Shown here piece by piece: positions 26,901 through 35,900 of a DNA stretch of 64,000 bases. Below the pieces are notes generated by a model that made no database searches, was not told where the DNA came from, and saw only the letters and a list, made by a program, of their open reading frames with translations. The stretch is from NCBI GenBank assembly GCA_004431415.1, contig QPMI01000530.1:62001-126000 (forward strand), in the 5' to 3' direction. Source of the stretch: Cyanophora paradoxa CCMP329. Its lineage: Eukaryota > Plantae > Glaucophyta. Position numbers and translations under genes: made by a program. The stretch's first letter is position 1; each line of letters begins with the position of its first letter.

Positions 26901-29900
26901 GCGACGTGCCCTGCGCGTTCGTCGCGTTCATGCTGCAGCTGTACGTCGTGTTCGGCTCGAGGCCGGCAATGGTCAAGGTCGCGGTGCCCAGCCGGTTGTT
27001 GACGTTCGTCGATGTGCCCGTCAAGGCGGTGCCTCCTGCGACCGGGGCGCAAGTACCCGAAGCGCTCAGGGTAGGGACGCCGTTGTTGAAGCGAAGCCGG
27101 GCCGTCAGCGTAGCGGAGTTGACCCCTACGCTGTCCACGATGACGGACGTGATTCCGGGAAATCCGTCTGTGGGATAAGAACCTAAAAGTTCCCAAGTGC
27201 AATGATCATGAGCGCGCAAAGAGAGGCTCGAACTCGAATATTCCGCACCGTTCACACGAAAGACGGCGGATGACAGTGCATTCGAGACAAGCCCCGCGCC
27301 GGCAACAGTCAAGCAGCTAAACGCATCGGAGTCGTACGCTGGGAGGATCTGGTGGGGTCTCTGTCCCGAGATGACGGACTTGTACATGTCGGCAACGACG
27401 GCGCCGGCTAGATAGCGTCACAGCGCAAATCAGGCCGGGACGCGCCGCAGAAGCAGACGCAAGAGAAAAAGGCGCACTGGTAAGCTCGATGAGCAGGGGC
27501 CTGTACCCCCGGCCGTTACTCAGGTACTGAGTCCAGAGCAAATAATCTCCGCAGGCTCCCAGAACGGAGCCGTCTTCGCGAAGGTGCACTTGCGTGTCCA
27601 CTGTTCCGGAAGATAGTGTCGCAACAAACCTCCAGGTCTTCGGGCTCGGCTCGCTCAGGTCGACGGAACTGATAATTGTATCGTAAGCAGACGCTGGATC
27701 AGATCTAGAGACGATCTAGAGTTTAACGGTTCTCAGAGACGTTTCAGGTGCTAGCACGCGCGCACGCGTTTATTGATGCTACTGCGTTTTATCAAAGCGT
27801 AGACGCACTATATGCTCGCTGAACCTGTCAGGGATGTCCAGCCAAAGAACCAGCGAGATCCGATCCGAGCGCGCGGCGACCTGGACCTAACGAACGCCCA
27901 GCCAGCCGGCTTGGTCGATGAGCTGGCCTCTAGGGTCCAGCCGGTAGCCTCCGACCACTTGTGAAAGTCTCCCGTGGCTGAATCCGAGCCGGTAATCTGT
28001 CCGAACACGCGCGTGGCTTGGCTTAGCCATTCATTTGCGTCAGTTGTGAGTCGGCCAAATCTCTGACCCAGACGAAGCCGCCAAAGTGCGTCATCATATT
28101 GAACGTGTACCCCGTCGGCAGCGCGGCCAGGCTCGTGTAGTACGCGAACGAGGTCGGGTAGCGCCAGAAATTAGTACCGCGATTGCAGTATACCCAGCCT
28201 AGCTGCGAAAAATCCCACGCGCAGGCGACTCCAGTCGCCGCAAGCGGCATTGCCGCAGCGGGAATCCACCAAAGGTTGGAGTCGACGTCGTAGATCCACA
28301 CCCTGTTCTGCGCCACATTGTTCTGCAAGCAGACCCGTGTCATGTGCTGGATTAAAGTTCGGTGCCGGCGCATATTACAGCCACGAGCCTGATCAGAGCC
28401 GCCAATGACAGCGAGCTGGAAGCCACTCGTTGCGTTCTGAAAAAGGACGCCGGCTCCGTCCCTGGGGCCCACGAAAGAGACGTTGGGGGCAAGGCGCGTC
28501 CCTTCCAGAGTGAACAGGTCTGCGTTGGGTCAGTGCATACGCTCACTCGCGGCAGAAGAGAAGAAGGCGCTTCGTACTTTTCGTCGTAAAGTTCATGCTA
28601 GCGGGGGCGGACGTGCCCAGCGCGTTCGTCGCGGTTGCCGTGCACACGTACGTCGTGTTCGCTGCGAGTCCGGTTGCGATGACGTTTCCCAGGCCTGCGC
28701 CGGTGAAGACTGCCGCAGTGCCGCTCCAGGCGGTACTCCCCGCCATAGGCGAGCAGCTCGCGGCGACGCTGTCGATGGAGACGCCCCCGTTGTATCTGAA
28801 ATGGATGACGAGGATTGCCGAGTCGCGGGTCACGTCGCGGGGGTACAGTTCCTTGATCGCCGGGAGCCCGTACGAGTCCCCGTAGTCGAGGCTCGCTGCG
28901 GTTGGCATATACGAAATTGATCATGATATATAGTGCGCATAAGCTACGAGTCTGCTTCGGGCGCGCGCACCGTTAAAGCGGAACGCCTGAAGCGACCTGT
29001 GTTTCAATACATAATGAAGACCCGCTGCTGCGTACCTGCGTTTACAAATCCGCGCAATCCTTGTCACAAAACGCAACAGGCTGCGGATCCGCGCGCAATG
29101 CATTCAGCGCATTCACGCACAAAGTGCAGGTGAACGGCTCCGACCCGTACATCTGCCAGGAATTCAGCTGGAAGAACTGTTGCGAACGATTACAAGCAGT
29201 CAAAGCCGTCAAACCGAGTAATGTAGCATAAAGTGCTCATTGCCGGCTACGCGTACAATTGCATTCGATGCGTTTGCAACAATCTTTCCAGCTGCTCGTA
29301 TAAAGTATTGGAATATAATTTAAAATCGATCGATTGAAAAAACATTGAGCAGAGACGCGTCGCACAGCACTCACCCACGGGATCGATAATCGAAGGGTGA
29401 AAGAAATTGCCTGTCCACATAAGGAAGCCGTCTCCGCACGCGCCAAGCACGCCGCCACCTTCGTTACCGTATGGTATGTATAGCTTCCAGGCGTTCGGCA
29501 GCACTATAGCCACCGAGTACGATTTAACTGCTGGCTGGGCTAGGTCCACGACACTGACGAATACACAGTCAATGGCGTAGCGTGCACACGGAAATGTAGT
29601 CGTGCGCACAAAATCGCGGGATAGATTGCGGCCTCGCGTCCCCATGTGGTATACCTGCGCTCCGACTCAGCAAGAAAGTCTCTGCTTTCATATACGCATG
29701 CCGACCACTTTGAGCCTGCGAGGTGAGATCAGACTTGCGAAACGGCGGCGCTCATGATCAACGAAGTCCTACCGATGCGAACACCCTGCGCATGACGCCC
29801 GTAGTATGTGCCCTCGTAAGGTGTGAAAGTGGGTGCTTCCCTGACCCAACCCGTCTCCGGGCTCCACCTGCGCAAATGTTCGAGGACAGAATGTGCGCAT

Positions 29901-32900
29901 GCTATTTCGGAAGGCATCTAATCCTGACCACATAAGGCCGCCATTCACGTCGTAATCGCGCCCGGCCACCCAAACTTTACCTCCGTAGCTGTGCAGGACC
30001 GTAAACGGACTGCAGAGAGATAATCGCAAAGTTGCAGCCACGAACTATGTCATCACTGCCGCGGCCAAAGCGTATGCGTATCAGACGTGCCCGCAGCTTT
30101 AAAGCTACGGTTTGGTTTGTGAAGGACGCGCACCATGGAGGTTGGTTTGGGATGGCATCGGCTCCAGATCCACACGCTCGGTCACTGCGCAGCTCGGCTT
30201 AGACACAAAGAGGGCGAGAAGACCAGATGTAGGGCCGCTGACATGAAACAGAATAGCTCCAGAAGTTTTCAGCATACAAGAATGTCCTCCTATTATAGCC
30301 TCCGGAGCAATAGATTGTACGAAACTCGTCCCTATCGCGGGTATCATGAAGATTAATCATGCGGAAAGAGGCGGGGCGATGACGCAACCAAGTACAGGCC
30401 GAATTTTGCCCGAAAATCGCCGACGTCAGATTCCTGGTCGCCGTGAGGTTCGTCCATGTCCTAGATTCGACGTCGAAGACCAAGACCGCGTCTGTGAAGA
30501 AGTCCACTCCATCCGTTGTGTACATTCCGCCAACGCTTATTAACTTGACCCGACCGTTTTCGTCACGGAAGAGGGTGAAACCTTTATAATAGAGACTCCA
30601 GTTCTCGATATCTGCCGGGGTCGCAGGCACCGGGACCAGCGGTCGCGATGCGATCCGCTCAACATCGATCCGGTACGATTCCGCTGCAGGCCGCGAGTCG
30701 GTTCAAAAAGCAAAAACGGGCTATGAATTCGGAAAACAGCGCACTGAAAGTCGTGAAATTCCGCACAGAAACGATGTTTGGGGACGTTCCCCATGAGTTG
30801 GTCGCATTTGCGCTGCACATGTACGACGTGTTCGGCAGTAGGCCGGTAACGAGGAAATAAGCAGTTCCACTCATGTGCGGAATGCTGGACGCGGCGGTCC
30901 AGACCGCAGGTCCGCCGGCTGTCAGCGAGCAGCTCGCCGCGGCCATCGTGATGGGCACCAAGTTCGTAAATTCGAAGGCCACATTCAGACGGGCGGACCG
31001 TGTCCCTATGTCTGCAACGTGCAACCAGGACAGCGACGGAACGCCCGACCACGTGCCATGCAGCGATCCATTGACGACGACGGCGTACGAGTTCACGGTT
31101 CCAGCCTCCCCGAACGAATCTTTTCCGCCTGCTGCGACCCTGCGAGCGAAGGAAAAAATAATAATAATAGATAAGGTCGAGGCAGAAGAAAATGGAATTC
31201 ATTTTAGGCGTGCAAAGGAACGAACGCAATACAGCTGAAGGATTCCGATGCGAACGCCGACCATTCCAGCGGAAAGGCCGACCGGTAGACGGCGGGCAGG
31301 GGACTTGGCATGCCGTTGAGAGTTCCGGGGCAGCCGGCCGCCACGGGGGTGGCCATGCAGGTCTCCCCCGTGTAGAGACGCGTGATGACCGCGCGCTGCA
31401 GGATCATCAGGTACGGTCCGCAAGCACCGAAGCAGGATTCCGTTGTGTAGCGACTCTGGGGGGTTCCTCCCGTGACCCACTTCCACGAATAGAGTATCCT
31501 GAGGTCGCGCTGCTGTAGGACTTTGGTCCCCGTGACCGGATCGAAGCCCGTTGAGAGGTCCAGGTAGCTGCATCGACGTCACGGATGACTCGGTGAGTGG
31601 CGGAATGCTTCTTATCAAACGGTGAACGAATTCAAAACTTGTAACGCACATGATGAAGGTCGTGCCTGCGCCGTTGCCCCCGCCAGCGTACCTGGCCGGC
31701 GGTACCACATCGAAGTCAGCACCCGCCCCGGCCCACCACGCACTAGATCTGTAGCTCAACCTCGACTCGCGCGCGCACCATTTGGAGCCGATTCGAACGC
31801 AGGGTGCTCTACTGTAATCCAATCTAAAATACCCGATGGAAGGGGCGTTCACGGACTCCTGGTTCCAACCGAACTCCGGACTGGGGATTTCCAGTTAGGG
31901 AAATAACTTCGAATATAAGCGCTCGGTAACTAATAGCATTGGCGTAATCGAGAGGAGGGCACCTCCACCAGTGCAGACCGGCACCCGCAGTATCGGTCGT
32001 GGCCTGCTCAGAATCAGCGCCGCGGTCGGCGCCATAAGCTACCCATTTGACATCTAGCTATATACCCTATATATATAGAGTGGTGCAACTCACCCAGAAT
32101 ACCCCGCGATAGTACGTCACGCAGTGCAGATGAATATCTGTGAGGAGAAGAAGGAGCGAGCTGCTAAGCCAGCTGCAAGAAGGGGCCTGGACGAGGATTG
32201 AGCACCCTGAAAGGAGGGCGCGAGGTCGGTGCGCGTCGTGAGAGCCGTGTCGAATGACCAAAAAGCGGTAGTTCTCAAATTATTAGTAGGGCTTGGATTT
32301 CCGCCGAGACAATAAATCTGGGAGGGCGCAGGGATTGCGGGAAGCGATCATGAATTTCGGAACTTCGAATTTTTCGATGGGAAACGACTTGCCGTCTCCG
32401 CCTCGTCCCACGCGCACGATGTTCCTTGCAACGGGAGCGGCAGGGTCACGGCCGGCGTGCTCCACGAGTCGGAACCGATGTCGTAGAGCTGGACAGTGTT
32501 GACTCGGTAACGATTAGCGCTACCCCCCGTCCCATTCATGCCGCCTGCACATGTGTTCTTGTGAGTAACGTGAATCGTGCAGCTCATATAGATATGAATC
32601 CGTTATCCGGGCCATACCGACGATGAGGAACTGCTGGCGGCCGGCTGGGTCGCGGAAGAGGACACCAGCTGGATAGAGCAACGGGCCAAACGGGGCAGTT
32701 GAGCGCCTTTCGTAGTCCAGTTGGTGCGCTGCGGGCGAGTCTAAATACACATGTTTATACCACAGAAACCCTAAACGCACAGTAGGTCGTGAAGTTGGCG
32801 GACGAAACGCTCCGTGATGTCTCCACCGAATTGCTTGCGCTGGCCGTGCACGCGTATGTCGTGTTGGGCAGCAGGCCGTAGGCGTCGAGAGAGGCGACTC

Positions 32901-35900
32901 CGGCCTGGCCTGTGATGCTCGCAAGCCCGGTCCACGCGACTGCGCCCGAGGGCTGATGCACGCAGCTGGCTGCGACGCTCGTGATCGGAACGCCGCCGGT
33001 GTAGTGTAGGGCAACGACCAGACTCGCGGAAGTCCGACGAATGTTGCGGACTGTCACCGAGAGGACGACAGGCGCCTCGTCGGCAAGGTACGTGCCTGTG
33101 GAAACGTTTCGAAAATGTCGCGGTGCAACATGGCAGTCCGGTGCAGCTGCTCGCACCGTTGAATCGGATCGTTCGTGCAGTCCGAACAGCCGTGCCCGTG
33201 GTGTAATCGAATCCGGTGGCAACCCAAGTCGTGCAAGAGGCAGAGTCCGTGCCGTACGCCGAGTTCCGCAGGTTGAAGATCGGCCCGACGTTGCTTGACA
33301 GCGTCAAGACGCGGCCAGCTGGGCGCGTAGTTAGCAGCGACTCAAAGCGAGCTTGCGGGGCTGAAGTAGGGCTGCGCACTTGCTGGATCGATGAGCTGCG
33401 GGCGCGCGTTGCGAACCCAGTAAATTAACATACTACCGCATGCTCCGAACACGCTCCCCTCCTCGGGAATTATGCCGCTCAGCGTTGCGGCAAGGCGCCA
33501 GGACTTAGTGTTTGATGGCAGCGAGAGGTCGATTTCGCTGCAAGAATGTGAGGTTCATTGTAAAAGATAAGCGATAACGCACTATATTGCTGCGGAAGGC
33601 GACGAAGCACCCCAGCCGACATACCACTTACTCCCTGCGCATACATAATCGATATTTGATCCAGATTTGGATACGCCACGCGCGCGAGAGCGAGATCGCG
33701 CACCCATCCGGACGTTAGGGGCATAAGGTTTGAGATGCGTAGCAAATGCAGCCGAGTTACCGACCGTCTCCTCGACCCATCCATGCACGTCATCCCAACT
33801 GCGGCGGAATCTAACGGTCGCTGTGCAATCGACGCCAGCTGCAGGGCAAGGTGCAGCTCGCGCACCGCACTAGCTTGCCGTTGCTTGAGCCCGCTACGAC
33901 AACCTGCGCATGCAGTCGCTCGTGTTTAGCAATGGAGAAATTAAACACGTGCACTTCGGCAAAATACGTTACACACCCAAACATATTTGCCATGAACGGT
34001 TGTAGCTGGTTTTACAAACGGCATCAGATCGCATACTTGAATCTTGCAATTGCATCAGCGCGGATCTTACCATGTCCAGAAGGGTCCAAATCGTAGCCAT
34101 TAATGTGCGTCCAACCACCAGAGAAGCCGTAGGTGACATTGTGCATCCTTGACAGGTCGTCCCTGTAAGCGAAACTGACGGGGAATCGCGCGAAGAACCC
34201 CGATAAGCCTGTTCCGCCAGTTCCGCCTACCGCGCCCTCAAGTTGCTCACCCGCAAAAATGAACTACAAGCTCAAGCACGTACCGGTACAGTAGACAAAC
34301 CCAGTCGTCGATTCGTCCTGCAAACTACTTTAATGGCGTATGACATCAACACGAGTAGAATGACTGACCCATGAACAAGCCATATCCGAACCCGGATTGG
34401 GCAGTGTGGCCGTTGCATTCGACCACGAATCGCTATTCACGTCGTATATGTAGATGTTGCTCTGTTTCGTCGATACACCAGCAATCAACGTTTGTCCGCC
34501 GATCACCGCCAGCTTCCAGCCACCCGTTCCGCTCCTGAAAGCAACGCCTGCTGAGTAGGTCCGTCCCAGAAAAGGGCCCGACGATAGCTCCGTCGCTTCC
34601 AGGTAAGGGCTCGCTGTGGATAAGCATAAGAGAGGGGATCCAGTTCAGATAACCTGTCACTGCAAGCGTGTGCGCACCGGTCGTAAAGGGAAGCGACGGA
34701 GAACTCTGTGGAGACGTGCCCGCCGAATTCGTCGCCGTCGCCCGGCACGTGTACGCCGTTGCCTCTAGCAGTCCCGTCGCGAGGACGGAGACCGAAGAGA
34801 TCCCGGCGCCGGCGCTGACTGAGCCTGTAAAGTCGGTCGCGCCGCCGGTCACGCGCGAACACGTCACTGCGGCGCTCGTGATCCACGCGCCACCGTTTCC
34901 CCCGAAGGTGACGTTCACCATCGCTGAAACCGACCAAACCCTTGTAATGTTGACCGCGACAGGCGCAGCGGGCGCTTCGGCCGTCGTTGTAAACGGGGAG
35001 GACGTGTTGCTCGGGCCCGTCCCCGCCGCGTTGCTGGCATTCGCGGCGCAGATGTACGTTGTGTTCGGCGAGAGGCCCGAAACGGAAAGGACCGCAGAGG
35101 AGCCGCTGGCGGCTACGGAGGCAGTCCAAACTGCATCCATGCCGATCTCGTTTGCAAGAGAGCAGCTGGCGGACGCCCCGCTGATTGCCGCTCCCCCGTT
35201 GCCGCCAAATGTCACCGTGAGCGTTGCCGTGCGCGCGGCAATGGCGCTGACTGCCACCCGAGCCGGCGCGTCGGGCGGCTCGGCAAAGGTTGTGAATGGC
35301 GCCGACGTGTTGCTCGGCGAGGTACCAGCCGACGTCGTGACATTCGCAGAGCAAAGGTAGGTGCTGCCGGGATACAGACCGACAACCGAGAAGCTGGCGG
35401 ATGAGACGCCAGGATTCACGGCAGCAGATTCGCCCCAGACAGCCCCGCCGCCCGAAGAGAGCCTGCAGCTTGCCGCGACCAGGTAGATCCACGCCCCGCC
35501 GTTATCTCCGAAGATTACTGTCAGCGTCGCGTTCCGAGACGTGATACCTTCGACGGTCACCAGCGGCGCCGCGGGCAACTCGGCCGCCGTCGCGAAGACG
35601 CCTTCGGCAGAGGGCGAGGTCCCGACAGAGTTGCTGGCGTTCGCCCGGCAGTTGTACGTGGTGTTGGGCAGGAGGCCGGTGAGGGTGAAGTTGGCCGAGG
35701 ACGCCCCCGGAGACACGGCCGCGGAGAGGTCCGCCTGCAGCGAGCCGGTCGCGCCGCTCCAGCAGCTGAGGCTCGCGGTCGTGATCGAATCCGCGCCGTC
35801 GAACCCGAATGCGACGGTGACCGTCGCGTTGCGCGGCCAGATGGTCGTCGCGACGACGGACGCGGGGGCCGCCGGCGCCTCCGCCGGCGTCTTCAGTGCG

